Shown in pieces: positions 45,301 through 58,860 of a stretch of DNA of 64,000 nucleotides; position 1 is the stretch's first letter, and each line of letters begins with the position of its first letter. The position numbers were made by a program, and so were the translations under genes. Under the pieces are notes generated by a model. It was not told the DNA's origin. It ran no database searches and saw only the letters and a list, made by a program, of their open reading frames with translations. The DNA is from Macrostomum lignano (taxonomy: Eukaryota), in NCBI GenBank assembly GCA_002269645.1, contig NIVC01000642.1, positions 62,001 through 126,000 on the forward strand, written 5' to 3'.

Positions 45301-45864
45301 CATCTCCAAAATACTAGCTTACCTTTAGTAGTATGGGCATATGGGGCTACACTGTTATAATGAATTTTATACGGCAGTAAGATCTCAAATTCACCTGCAC
45401 TCAAACGCAACATCTAAGAGTAAATTATTCCTATGTCCTGCACTGGGGGGCCTTAGATACAGGTTCAGACCAGTAGGGTTCTTAGAGTCTAAATAGGAGC
45501 TGCACTACCTGCAGCGATGATGGCTCTGACTGCTGCTGCACGGGACAGAGGTACTGAGCATGAGCACGGGATCGCTAAGTGGTGCATCAGGAATTATAGT
45601 GGGAAAGAGAGGCAAGAGTTGCAGCGGAGGCCCAGCAGTGCCTACCAGCAGGTGCAGTCATTAAAGAGAGAATTCTAACTCAATACCAAGGTGGAAGGGT
45701 CGTGCGTGTGTAATGAGATGCCTTTTTCAACTGTTCTGTTACAGTATACGAGTGTAGATGCCCTTGCAGCTAGGTGGCTGGCGCGGCCGAGCTAAGCGTG
45801 AGGTGAGGCAATGAATGCAGGATAAAATTTACCGAGAAGGGCATAAAACAGGCAAAATGACAGT

Positions 45865-45936
<72 letters not shown>

Positions 45937-45972
45937 GCCAGACAGACGGACGGACAGACAGACAGACAGACT

Positions 45973-46015
<43 letters not shown>

Positions 46016-46016
46016 T

Positions 46017-46088
<72 letters not shown>

Positions 46089-46100
46089 GCCAGACAGACG

Positions 46101-46143
<43 letters not shown>

Positions 46144-46144
46144 T

Positions 46145-46188
<44 letters not shown>

Positions 46189-46940
46189 CAGACAGAGACA
46201 GACAGAGACAGACAGAGACAGACACAGACAGAGACAGACACAGGCAGAGACAGACAAAGACAGAGACAGACACAGGCAGAGACAGACACAGACAGAGACA
46301 GACACAGACAGAGACAAACACAGACAGAGACAGACAGAGACAGACACAGACAGAGACAGACACAGGCAGAAACAGACACAGACAGAGACAGACACAGACA
46401 GAGACAGACACAGGCAGAGACAGACACAGACAGAGACAGACACAGACAGAGACAGACACAGGCAGAAACAGACACAGACAGAGACAGACACAGACAGAGA
46501 CAGACACAGGCAGAGACAGACACAGACAGAGACAGACACAGGCAGAGACAGACACAGGCAGAGACAGACAGACAGAGACAGACACAGGCAGAGACAGACA
46601 GGCAGAGACAGACACAGACAGAGACAGACAGGCAGAGACAGACACAGACAGAGACAGACACAGACAGAGACAGACACAGACAGAGACAGACACAGACAGA
46701 CACAGACAGAGACAGACAGGCAGACAGACACAGACAGAGACAGACACAGGCAGAGACAGACACAGACAGAGACAGACACAGACAGAGACAGACACAGGCA
46801 GAAACAGACACAGACAGAGACAGACACAGGCAGAAACAGACACAGACAGAGACAGACACAGGCAGAGACAGACACAGACAGAGACAGACACAGGCAGAGA
46901 CAGACACTGGCAGAGACAGACACTGGCAGAGACAGACTGG
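45865..46940. repeat. (GACA)n microsatellite grading into GACAGAGACAGACACA(G) variants
   Basis: Direct inspection. Confidence 0.97.
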
Positions 46941-47161
46941 TAGGCAGGCAGACCCGTACTCTCGCAGGGCGAATCAGCCAGCGGAGACTGGAGGATGGCC
47001 GCAGGAGACAGTCCAGCGGTCAGCCAGCCAATGGCGGAGCGACATCGCCAACGATCGAATCGCCCAGCTGCTCACCTGATTTACGGCCAGAGGCAGGCAG
47101 GGCTGGCCAAAACTCAGTTGCGAGCGGCATTCAGCAGTTCCGCCAGCCAGCCAAGCCAGCC

Positions 47162-47809
47162 ATGCCCAGCGGCTGGGACATCTTCCTCGGCGACTCCATC
47201 GTCATCCTGGTGGTGTCCGTTGCGGCTCTGATACTCGTCGCCTACTGCCTGTTCCGCTGCTGCTCCAGCAGTCCCAGTTCGGACGCTCAGAAACTCGTCG
47301 AAGACCAAGACGATAACGATGATTATGACGATTTCGACGAGAATGACGACGAAATGGACGGGGACGAATTCGAGGTCAACGACGGCTTCAACGACCTCCA
47401 GGAGGACGGGGACGGCGACGAACTTTGGCGTCGAAGATTTGTGTCGGCAACGGCGGCAGGTCGTCGAGACGAATTCGACTGCGACACCTTCGTGTTCGAC
47501 GACGAGATGGCCGCGGCCTCGGACGATGAGCACGATGATGTACATGTAGGTGCAGCTGAGCACCTTGGCGGAGCTCCACGGGCTGCGGCTGCTGCTGCCG
47601 AGGTCGACAGCAACGAGGAAGAAAGGGTCGGCCTGTTGGCCTCGCAGATTGCTGAAACCAACGTCGACGCCGCGATGTCACGACGGACACCAGCGGCTCG
47701 CAGCCGTGGTCGCGAGTTAAGCCGGGTCAAAGCGCCTGCAGCCACCATCGTGCGGCTCAGTGAGCCCTGCGGGGACGCCGCAGATCCGTCAAAGGCCGAA
47801 TTTCTCTGA
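47162..47809 (+). CDS. Hypothetical single-pass membrane protein with Asp/Glu-rich cytoplasmic tail, 215 aa (could be the last exon of a longer gene)
   Basis: GC-rich coding-like composition; hydrophobic SIVILVVSVAALILVAYCLF followed by RCC and a long acidic tract. Confidence 0.6.
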   Translation: MPSGWDIFLGDSIVILVVSVAALILVAYCLFRCCSSSPSSDAQKLVEDQDDNDDYDDFDENDDEMDGDEFEVNDGFNDLQEDGDGDELWRRRFVSATAAGRRDEFDCDTFVFDDEMAAASDDEHDDVHVGAAEHLGGAPRAAAAAAEVDSNEEERVGLLASQIAETNVDAAMSRRTPAARSRGRELSRVKAPAATIVRLSEPCGDAADPSKAEFL

Positions 47810-47814
47810 TTTAT

Positions 47815-48135
47815 CTGCCCACCTGGCTGACCCACCTGGCTGACCCACCTGGCTGACCCACCTGGCTGACCCACCTGGCTGACCCACCTGGCTGACCCAC
47901 CTGGCTGACTCACCTGGCTGACCCACCTGGCTGACGCATCTGGCTGACCCACCTGGCTGACCCACCTGGCTGACCCACCTGGCTGACCCACCTGGCTGAC
48001 CCACCTGGCTGACCCACCTGGCTGACCCACTTGGCTGACCCACCTGGCAGACTCACCTGGCTGACCCACCTGGCTGACGCATCTGGCTGACCCACCTGGC
48101 TGACCCACATGGCTGACCCACCCAGCTGACCCACT
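47815..48135. repeat. 13-bp minisatellite (cacctggctgacc)n
   Basis: Direct inspection; begins ~6 bp after the stop of the TM ORF. Confidence 0.95.
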
Positions 48136-48164
48136 AACTCACCTGATTCACTTTATCAATAATC

Positions 48165-51100
48165 CGAATCTGATCTCCCGAATATCCCAATCTGATCTCC
48201 CCAATATCCCAATCTGATCTCCCCAATATCCCAATCTGATCTACTACCCAATGTCCCAATCTGATCTATTCAATATCCCAAACCTTTTTCCCAATATTCC
48301 AATCTGATCCCCCAATATTCCAATCTGACCTCCCCAATATCCCAATCTGACCTCCCCATGCCATATCCCAATCTGATCTCCCCAATATCCCAATCTGATC
48401 TCCCCAATATCCCAATCTGATCTCCCCAATATCCCAATCTGATCTACTACCCAATATCCCAATCTGATCTATTCAATATCCCAAACCTTTTTCCCAATAT
48501 TCCAATCTGATCCCCCAATATCCCAATCTGACCTCCCCAATATCCCAATCTGACCTCCCCATGCCATATCCCAATCTGATCTCCCCAATATCCCAATCTG
48601 ATCTCCCCAATATCCCAATCTGATCTCCCCAATATCCCAATCTGATCTCCCCAATATCCCAATCTGATCCCCCAATATCCCAATCTGACCTCCCCAATAT
48701 CCCAATCTGACCTCCCCATGCCATATCCCAATCTGATCTCCCGAATATCCCAATCTGATCTCCCCAATATCCCAATCTGATCTCCAGAATATCCCAATCT
48801 GATCTCCAGAATATCCCAATCTGATCTACCCAATATCTCAATCTGATCTCCCCAATATCCCAATCTGATCTCCCCAATATCCCAATCTGATCTCCCCATG
48901 CCATATCCCAATCTGATCTCCCCAATATCCCAATCTGATCTCCCCAATATCCCAATCTGATCTCCCCAATATCCCAATCTGATCTACTACCCAATATCCC
49001 AATCTGATCTATTCAATATCCCAAACCTTTTTCCCAATATTCCAATCTGATCCCCTAATATCCCAATCTGACCTCCCCAATATCCCAATCTGACCTCCCC
49101 ATGCCATATCCCAATCTGATCTCCCCAATATCCCAATCTGATCTCCCCAATATCCCAATCTGATCTCCCCAATATCCCAATCTGATCTCCCCAATATCCC
49201 AATCTGATCCCCCAATATCCCAATCTGACCTCCCCAATATCCCAATCTGACCTCCCCATGCCATATCCCAATCTGATCTCCCGAATATCCCAATCTGATC
49301 TCCCCAATATCCCAATCTGATCTCCCCAATATCCCAATCTGATCTCCCCAATATCCCAATCTGATCTCCCCAATATCCCAATCTGATCTCCCCAATATCC
49401 CAATCTGATCTACTACCCAATATCCCAATCTGATCTATTCAATATCCCAAACCTTTTTCCCAATATTCCAATCTGATCCCCCAATATCCCAATCTGACCT
49501 CCCCAATATCCCAATCTGACCTCCCCATGCCATATCCCAATCTGATCTCCCCAATATCCCAATCTGATCTCCCCAATATCCCAATCTGATCTCCCCATGC
49601 CATATCCCAATCTGATCTCCCCAATATCCCAATCTGATCTCCCCAATATTCCAATCTGATCTCCCCAATATCCCAATCTGATCTCCCCAATATTCCAATC
49701 TGATCTCCCCAATATCCCAATCTGATTTCCCCAATATCCCAAACTTATCTATCCAATATGTCAATCTTATCTCCCCATGCAATATCCCAATTTGATCTCT
49801 CCAATATCCCAATCTAATCTATCCAATATCCCAATCTGATCTCCCCAATATCCCAATCTGATCTCCCCAATATCCCAATCTGATCTCCCCAATATCCCAA
49901 TCTGATCCCCCAATATAGCAATCTGATCTCCCCAATATCCCAATCTGATCTCCCCAATATCCCAATCTGATCTCCCCAATATCCCAATCTGATCTCCCCA
50001 ATATCCCAATCTGATCTCCCCAATATCCCAATCTGATCTCCCCAATATCCCAATCTGATCTACTACCCAATATCCCAATCTGATCTATTCAATATCCCAA
50101 ACCTTTTTCCCAATATTCCAATCTGATCCCCCAATATCCCAATCTGACCTCCCCAATATCCCAATCTGACCTCCCCATGCCATATCCCAATCTGATCTCC
50201 CCAATATCCCAATCTGATCTCCCCAATATATCAATCTGATCTCCCCATGCCATATCCCAATCTGATCTCCCCAATATTCCAATCTGATCTCCCCAATATC
50301 CCAATCTGATCTACTACCCAATATCCCAATCTGATCTATTCAATATCCCAAACTTATTTCCCAATATCCCAATCTGATCCCCCAATATCCCAATCTGACC
50401 TCCCCAATATCCCAATCTGACCTCCCCATGCCATATCCCAATCTGATCTCCCCAATATTCCAATCTGATCTCCCCAATATCCCAATCTGATCTCCCCAAT
50501 ATCCCAATCTGATCTCCAGAATATCCCAATCTGATCTCCAGAATATCCCAATCTGATCTATCCAATATCTCAATCTGATCTCCCCAATATCCCAATCTGA
50601 TCTCCCCAATATTCCAATCTGATCTCCCCAATATTCCAATCTGATTTCCCCAATATTCCAATCTGATCTCCCCAATATCCCAATCTGATCTCCCGAATAT
50701 CCCAATCCGATCTCCCCAATATCCCAATCTGATCTCCAGAATATCCCAATCTGATCTCCAGAATATCCCAATCTGATCTACCCAATATCTCAATCTGATC
50801 TCCCCAATATCCCAATCTGATCTCCCCAATATTCCAATCTGATCTCCCCAATATTCCAATCTGATCTCCCCAATATTCCAATCTGATCTCCCCAATATCC
50901 CAATCTGATCTCCCGAATATCCCAATCTGATCTACCCAATATCCTAATCCGATCTCCCCAATATCCCAATCTGATCTCCCCAATATCCCAATCTGATCTC
51001 CCGAATATCCCAATCTGATCTACCCAATATCCTAATCCGATCTCCCCAATATCCCAATCTGATCTCCAGAATATCCCAATCTGATCTCCAGAATATCCCA

Positions 51101-51535
51101 ATCTGATCTACCCAATATCTCAATCTGATCTCCCCAATATCCCAATCTGATCTCCCCAATATTCCAATCTGATCTCCCCAATATTCCAATCTGATCTCCC
51201 CAATATCCCAATCTGATCTCCCGAATATCCCAATCTGATCTACCCAATATCCTAATCCGATCTCCCCAATATCCCAATCTGATCTCCCCAATATCCCAAT
51301 ATTATCCCCAATATCCCAAACTGATCTACCCAATATCTCAAACTGATCTCCCCAATATCCCAATCTGATTTATCCAATATCCCAATCTGATCTCCCCAAT
51401 ATCCCAAACTTATCTATCCAATATGTCAATCTTATCTCCCCATGGAATATCCCAATTTGATCTCTCCAATATCCCAATCTTATCTATCCAATATCCCAAT
51501 CTTATCTACCCAATTTCCCAATCTGATCCCCCTAA
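48165..51535. repeat. ~20-bp satellite (ccaatatcccaatctgatct)n with higher-order variant blocks
   Basis: Direct inspection; the marker variant aaacctttttcccaatattcc recurs at 48281, 48484, 49023, 49449 and 50099. Confidence 0.97.
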
Positions 51536-51774
51536 TATCCACAAATCCACATATATATTATACAATATCTACATGTAGGTGGCTGTCAAGACACTCAGCC
51601 TGCTTATGCGCGGTGTAAATATATTTGAGACAATGTTTAAACGAAATATTAATGATCTTGCTGAATGTAGTTGAGAGTTGAAATTTTTTGCAATTTTACG
51701 GCTAGAAACTGGATTATAAAGGATTGAAACTGATCAGTTAAAAGTTTAGGTTGAAACTGTGCTCAATAATTGGA

Positions 51775-54365
51775 GAGTCAGGTGAGTGAGTAGGGAGTCA
51801 CGTGAGTGAGTAGGGAGTCACGTGAGTGAGAGAGTAGGGAGTCAGATGAGTGAGTGGGGAGTCAGGTGAGTGAGTAGGGAGTCAGGTGAGTGAGTAGGGA
51901 GTCAGGTGAGTGAGAGAGTAGGGAGTCAAGTGAGTGAGTAGGGAGTCGGGTGAGGGAATAGGGAGTCAGGTGAGTGAGTAGGGAGTCAGGTGAGTGAGTA
52001 GGGAGTCAGGTGAATGAGTAGGGAGTCAGGTGAATGAGTAGGGAGTCAGGTGAATGAGTAGGGAGCCATGTGAATGAGTAGGGAGTCAGGTGAGTGAGTA
52101 GGGAGTCAGGTGAGTGAGTAGGGAGTCAGAGGAGTGATTGGGGAGTCAGGTGAGTGAGTAGGGAGTCAGGTGAGTGAGTAGGGAGTCAGGTGAGTGAGAG
52201 AGTAGGGAGTCAGGTGAATGAGTAGGGAGTCAGGTGAATGAGTAGGGAGTCAGGTGAGGGAATAGGGAGTCAGGTGAGTGAGTAGGGAGTCAGATGAGTG
52301 AGTGGGGAGTCAGGTGAGTGAGTAGGGAGTCAAGTGAGTGAGTAGGGAGTCAGGTGAGTGAGAGAGTAGGGAGTCAGGTGAGAGAGTAGGGAGTCAGGTG
52401 AGTGAGTAGGGAGTCAGGTGAGTGAGTGGGGAGTCAGGTGAGTGAGTGGGGAGTCAGGTGAGGGAATAGAGAGTCAGGTGAGTGAGTAGGGAGTCAGGTG
52501 AGGGAATAGAGAGTCAGGTGAGTGAGTAGGGAGTCAGGTGAATGAGTAGGGAGTCAGGTGAGTGAGTAGGGAGTCAGGTGAGTGAGAGAGTAGGGAGTCA
52601 GGTGAGTGAGTAGGGAGTCAGGTGAGTGAGTAGGGAGTCAGGTGAGTGAGTGGGGAGTCAGGTGAGTGAGAGAGTAGGGAGTCAGGTGAGTGAGTAGGGA
52701 GTCAGGTGAGTGAGAGAGTAGGGAGTCAGGTGAGGGAGTAGGGAGTCAGGTGATTGAGAGAGTAGGGAGTCAGGTGAGTGAGTAGGGAGTCAGGTGAGTG
52801 AGTGGGGAGTCAGGTGAGTGAGTGGGGAGTCAGGTGAGTGAGAGAGTAGGGAGTCAGGTGAGTGAGTAGGGAGTCAGGTGAGTGAGTAGGGAGTCACGTG
52901 AGGGAATAGGGAGTCAGGTGAGTGAGTGGGGAGTCAGGTGAGTGAGTGGGGAGTCAGGTGAGGGAATAGAGAGTCAGGTGAGTGAGTAGGGAGTCAGGTG
53001 AGGGAATAGAGAGTCAGGTGAGTGAGTAGGGAGTCAGGTGAATGAGTAGGGAGTCAGGTGAGTGAGTAGGGAGTCAGGTGAGTGAGAGAGTAGGGAGTCA
53101 GGTGAGTGAGTAGGGAGTCAGGTGAGTGAGTAGGGAGTCAGGTGAGTGAGTGGGGAGTCAGGTGAGTGAGAGAGTAGGGAGTCAGGTGAGTGAGTAGGGA
53201 GTCAGGTGAGTGAGAGAGTAGGGAGTCAGGTGAGGGAGTAGGGAGTCAGGTGATTGAGAGAGTAGGGAGTCAGGTGAGTGAGTAGGGAGTCAGGTGAGTG
53301 AGTGGGGAGTCAGGTGAGTGAGTGGGGAGTCAGGTGAGTGAGAGAGTAGGGAGTCAGGTGAGTGAGTAGGGAGTCAGGTGAGTGAGTAGGGAGTCACGTG
53401 AGGGAATAGGGAGTCAGGTGAGTGAGTAGGGAGTCAGGTGAGTGAGTAGGGAGTCGGGTGAGTGAGTAGGGAGTCGGGTGAGTGAGAGAGTAGGGAGTCA
53501 GGTGAGTGAGTAGGGAGTCAGGTGAGTGAGTAGGGAGTCACGTGAGTGAGAGAGTAGGGAGTCAGGTGAGTGAGTAGGGAGTCAGGTGAGGGAATAGGGA
53601 GTCAGGTGAATGAGTAGGGAGACAGGTGAGTGAGTAGGGAGTCAGGTGAGGGAGTAGGGAGTCAGGTGAGTGAGTAGGGAGTCAGATGAGTGAGTGGGGA
53701 GTCAGGTGAGTGAGTAGGGAGTCGGGTGAGTGAGAGAGTAGGGAGTCAGGTGAATGAGTAGGGAGTCGGGTGAGGGAATAGGGAGTCAGGTGAGTGAGTA
53801 GGGAGTCAGGTGAATGAGTAGGGAGTCAGGTGAATGAGTAGGGAGTCGGGTGAGGGAATAGGGAGTCAGGCGAGTGAGTAGGGAGTCAGGTAAGTGAGTA
53901 GGGAGTCAGGTGAGAGAGTAGGGAGTCAGGTGAATGAGTAGGGAGTCGGGTGAGTGAGAAAGTAGGGAGTCAGGTGAGGGAGTAGGGAGTCAGGTGAGTG
54001 AGTAGGGAGTCAGATGAGTGAGTGGGGAGTCAGGTGAGTGAGTAGGGAGTCGGGTGAGTGAGAGAGTAGGGAGTCAGGTGAATGAGTAGGGAGTCGGGTG
54101 AGGGAATAGGGAGTCAGGTGAGTGAGTAGGGAGTCAGGTGAATGAGTAGGGAGTCAGGTGAATGAGTAGGGAGTCGGGTGAGGGAATAGGGAGTCAGGTG
54201 AGTGAGTAGGGAGTCAGGTAAGTGAGTAGGGAGTCAGGTGAGAGAGTAGGGAGTTAGGTGAATGAGTAGGGAGTCGGGTGAGTGAGAAAGTAGGGAGTCA
54301 GGTGAGGGAATAGGGAGTCAGGTGAGTGAGTAGTGAGTCAGGTGAGGGAATAGGGAGTCAGTTGA
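51775..54365. repeat. 20-bp G-rich satellite (gagtcaggtgagtgagtagg)n
   Basis: Direct inspection; contains a 500-bp internal duplication. Confidence 0.97.
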
Positions 54366-54789
54366 GTAGGGATTTAAGTGAGCTTTGAAATGTTCGTGAA
54401 GGCAGCTACAACAGCAATATAATACAATATTTATATTAAATATATAAGTAAGCAAGTGCGACACCCAAGCCGAACCCCTTAAATCCTTGGCAGCTGATAT
54501 TTGCCTATCAGCTCTCGCTCCCATTCCCATGCTCAAGCTCCCAGAGCACGCACTTGGTGTCGACTCAAATTTTTATTAAGGAACGAGAAACGGGGAAAGA
54601 AGAATCGGGGGCTGGGGGCTGGGTGGAAGGGAAGAGCGAGGGAGAAAATCCCAAGGAGATGAAGGACTGCATGGGAAAAGAGTTCTAGACACAACATCTG
54701 GAGTGAAATTACTGACTGAATTCCTTTTTTAAAATCACAACTGTCTAAAACAGTCATAGCCCATTCTGCTGACTCCTGCGCTTGGATAC

Positions 54790-55115
54790 TGTACATAGAC
54801 TTGTACATAGACTTGTACATAGACTTGTACAGTAGACTTGTACAGTAGACTTGTACATAGACTTGTACATAGACTTGTACATAGACTTGTACAGTAGACT
54901 TGTACATAGACTTGTACATAGACTTGTACATAGACTTGTACATAAACTTGTACATAAACTTGTACATAGACTTGTACATAGACTTGTACATAGACTTGTA
55001 CATAAACTTGTACATAGACTTGTACATAGACTTGTACATAAACTTGTACATAGACTTGTACATAGACTTGTACATAGACTTGTACACAGACTTGTACAGT
55101 AGACTTACTTGTACA
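54790..55115. repeat. 12-bp minisatellite (tacatagacttg)n
   Basis: Direct inspection. Confidence 0.95.
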
Positions 55116-55499
55116 GACCCTCACGGAATCGGGCCTGCGTACCATTCCAGTTCTTCCATACTTAGAAGTCCACGTTCATCGCATGGAATACCGAGGAGGA
55201 ACCCTTGGAGGCAGGAGGCTCGGTTCAGTGACTCTGGGCGGGATCGAGGGAGATTGAGGCTGCAGAGTCAATCAAGAATCGCCGCTGCTGTTGTTGCTGT
55301 TGAAGGAAAAATCGGGATTACAAAAAGTAAATCAAGTTGGATGAAACGTCCCAGCTAATTATGCTAATGAGCTTCTATATTGTGCCGACTGTTCAGATTT
55401 ACGGGAATTGCAGCGTTGATAAACCGCTGTTGCGATCTGATATCCTCCGCAGTGATTCTGGACTTGTGGTTAGGGTCCTTCAACATAGCAAAATGTACG

Positions 55500-56560
55500 A
55501 TTATTCTGGCCATCTCCTGACACTTATTCTGATGACCTCCTGACGCTTATTTTGGCCATCTCCTGACACTTATTCTGATGACCTCCTGACACTTATTTTG
55601 GCCATCTCCTGACACTTATCTTGGCCATCTCCTGACACTTATTCTGGCCACCTCCTGACAGATATTCTGGCCACCTCCTGACAGATATTCTGGACACCTT
55701 CTGACATTTATTCTGGCCACCCCCTGACGCTTATTCTGGTCACCTCCTGACAGATATTCTGGCCAGCTCCTGACAGATATTCTGGCCACCTCCTGACAGA
55801 TATTCTGGCCACCTTCTGACATTTATTCTGGCCACCTCCTGACGCTTATTCTGGTCACCTCCTGACAGATATTCTGGCCACCTTCTGACATTTATTCTGG
55901 CCACCTCCTGACAGATATTCTGGCCACCTCCTGACACTTTTATGGCCACCTCCTGACACTTATTCTGGCCACCTCCTGACACTTTTATGGCCAACTCCTG
56001 ACATTTATTCTGGCCATCTCCTGACACTTATTCTGGCCACCTTCTCACATTTATTCTGGCCACCTCCTGACACTTATTCTGGCCACCTCCTGACACTTTT
56101 ATGGCCAACTCCTGACATTTATTCTGGCCACCTCCTGACACTTATTCTGCCCACCTAATGACTGTTATTCTGGCCACCTCATGACACTTATTCTGACAAC
56201 TTTCTGACACTTATTCTGGCCACCTCCTGACACTTATTCTGGCCACCTAATGACAGTTATTCTGGCCACCTCATGACACTTATTCTGACAACTTTCTGAC
56301 ACTTATTCTGGCCACCTCCTGACACTTATTCTGGCCACCTAATGACAGTTATTCTGGCCACCTCATGACACTTATTCTGACAACTTTCTGACACTTATTC
56401 TGGCCACCTCCTGACACTTATTCTGGCCACCTAATGACAGTTATTCTGGCCACCTCATGACACTTATTCTGACAACTTTCTGACACTTATTCTGGCCACC
56501 TCCTGACACTTATTCTGATCGCCTGTGACGTGTTCTGACCATCTCTTGACACTTATTCTG
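55500..56560. repeat. 23-bp minisatellite (ttattctggccacctcctgacac)n
   Basis: Direct inspection. Confidence 0.95.
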
Positions 56561-58289
56561 GCTTACCTTACAATAGAAAACTCATTTAGCTTGTATCAGG
56601 ATGAGTTTTAGAGTCAGTAGTCATACGTAATTTAGTTATCCATCAGGCTATCAAACACCGATTTGACAAAACACTTCAATACCAGTATAAAAGTACTTTT
56701 GTTCTTTGCATCCAAACGCAAAATTATTATAGAGAGAGAGACAGACACACACACGCTAATCCTGTCTAGACCGAACTGTCAGTCAGGCCTGATCCCTTGA
56801 CCTCTGTTATAGCGATCCCTAGTCAATGCGAAAGTCAATTTAATGAGAAAGTTTTAACAGAGAGAATTCAGGCCGGAATGGCAAGGCAGAAATGAAATTA
56901 ATTGAATTCTGCAGGACTGCCCCGGCCGGTTGTGACCCTGCAGCAGAAATTTGCGTGTCAAGGGTCAGCAGCCGCTGCAGATGCAGCCAGGAGAATGTCG
57001 CCCTCGGCTAGAAAATCGTGGGGATTTCCTGACAAGCGGGGATGGGAGTCTGGCCTTATACCTATATAGAGTTTGGGGGATTAAAATGGAATTACAATGT
57101 CACGCCTAGATGAAGGGTGGGGTTTAAGGGGCTCAAAGGTATGTCGCATATCTGCTGTTTATGCCTGCTGCGAGTTGCTTTAATCCCAAGCTTTGTGTGG
57201 GGATTGTGAGATCAGCTGCTGTACAAATGCTCGGATTTATGAATCTACGAGTAGTAATGGTGGACTTGTCACTCAGTTATTTCAGCTTACAAACTGAAAC
57301 TCAGCTTCTAATCATCAGGCGTGCACACTCAACAAAATGTGCACTTTTAGGGCTCGGCCCTTGGTGAGTGCGAATTCTAAATTGAACTGGAAACTCCAGG
57401 TGTCTGTCTAAAGGCTGATCCACTGAAGACCTCGAGGCCAGATGAACCGTCGGGGGTCATCGTGTGCTCTTTGACGAGGAGGCACCAGCCGAGGATCCAG
57501 CTGGCACAACCACAATTTAATTTTTAATTTTATTAGAGGCAGGGGGGCTGGGTGCACCCTGGCGCACTTTAAGCGACATTGTCACACAACCGGCGAGAGG
57601 CATTGCTGCCCATTCCGCCGACTACACTGAGCAGGCACACAAGCGCGCGGATACGTACGCAGGCACACACTCACACAGTAGTGTACAGCGGCCCTAACTT
57701 TATATATCGTTAGGCATGTACACTTCACTGTGCCCTGGGGGTTAGTTGGCCATCAAGGGCGTTAACTGCACGAGCAGAGCCAAGCCGAGATTCCTATTTA
57801 GCCCCGAATTAATGGCTGCACACTTGGAATCGAGCCTGGGCCGCTGGCACACCAGAGCGCCGCACTGGACCACTCATGGGCTACGGCCCCTGACATATCG
57901 AACTTCCTTGAGATATCCTCATGGAGTTGCCCCAGAGAGATACGCTGGCGTCGCTTCTGTCTGTTCTGCTGCTTGACATGGGTGCTACGGATAATTGCTC
58001 TTCCTACCAACAATGACGGACGTCAACCGGAGAGGCGGTTCAACGTGATCGGCTATCGGCTATCATCTCGCCCTGCTGTCATCAACTGTCGCGAGCTCTC
58101 AACTGTCAACGGACCCAGTTTTCCTGCTTCTTCGAACCAGGGTTCATCATGGCGTGAGTTTCACCGTTGGGCTGCTCCCTGCCTGCATGCCTAATAAACG
58201 AGGCTTCCTTAAGAGAAAATTTCATCCAATAGGAAACTCGCGGCTGGTAACGGTCGAATTTCACAAAAAATCTCATAATTTCCGACACA

Positions 58290-58860
58290 CTTAGCTCTGC
58301 AGGTGAGGCCTTAGTGTCAGTTTAGCTGTGCAGGTAAAATTTTAGTGTCAGTTTAGCTGTGCAGGTGAGGTTTTAGTGTCAGTTTAGCTGTGCAGGTGAA
58401 ATTTTAGTGTCAGTTTAGCTGCGCAGGTGAAATTTTAGTGTCAGTTTAGCTGTGCAGGTGAAATTTTAGTGTCAGTTTAGCTGTGCAGGTGAAATTTTAG
58501 TGTCAGTTTAGCTGTGCAGGTGAAATTTTAGTGTCAGTTTAGCTGTGCAGGTGAAATTTTAGTGTCAGTTTAGCTGTGCAGGTGAAATTTTAGTGTCAGT
58601 TTAGCTCTGCAGGTGAGGCCATAGTGCCAGTTTAGCTGTGCCGGTGAAATTTTAGTGCCAGTTTAGCTCTGCAGTTGAAATTTTAGTGCCAGTTTAGCTC
58701 TGCAGGTGGGATTTTAGTGTCAGTTTTGCTGTGCAGGTGAAATTTTAGTGTCAGTTTAGCTGCGCAGGTGAGGTTTTAGTGTCAGTTTAGCTGCGCAGGT
58801 GAGGTTTTAGTGTCAGTTTAGCTCTGCAGGTGAAATTTTAGTGTCAGTTAATTAGCTCTG
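58290..58860. repeat. 30-bp satellite (ttttagtgtcagtttagctgtgcaggtgaa)n
   Basis: Direct inspection. Confidence 0.95.

Noticed and set aside
43748-46923. Long ORFs of 228-526 aa (SSPLL, RRGEE, VCLSVS repeats)
   Set aside because: Translations of stop-free microsatellites.
57415-57470. CTGAAGA followed by a small stem, a possible hammerhead ribozyme core
   Set aside because: No GAAA after the stem and no closing helices; other CTGANGA hits checked also lacked the core.
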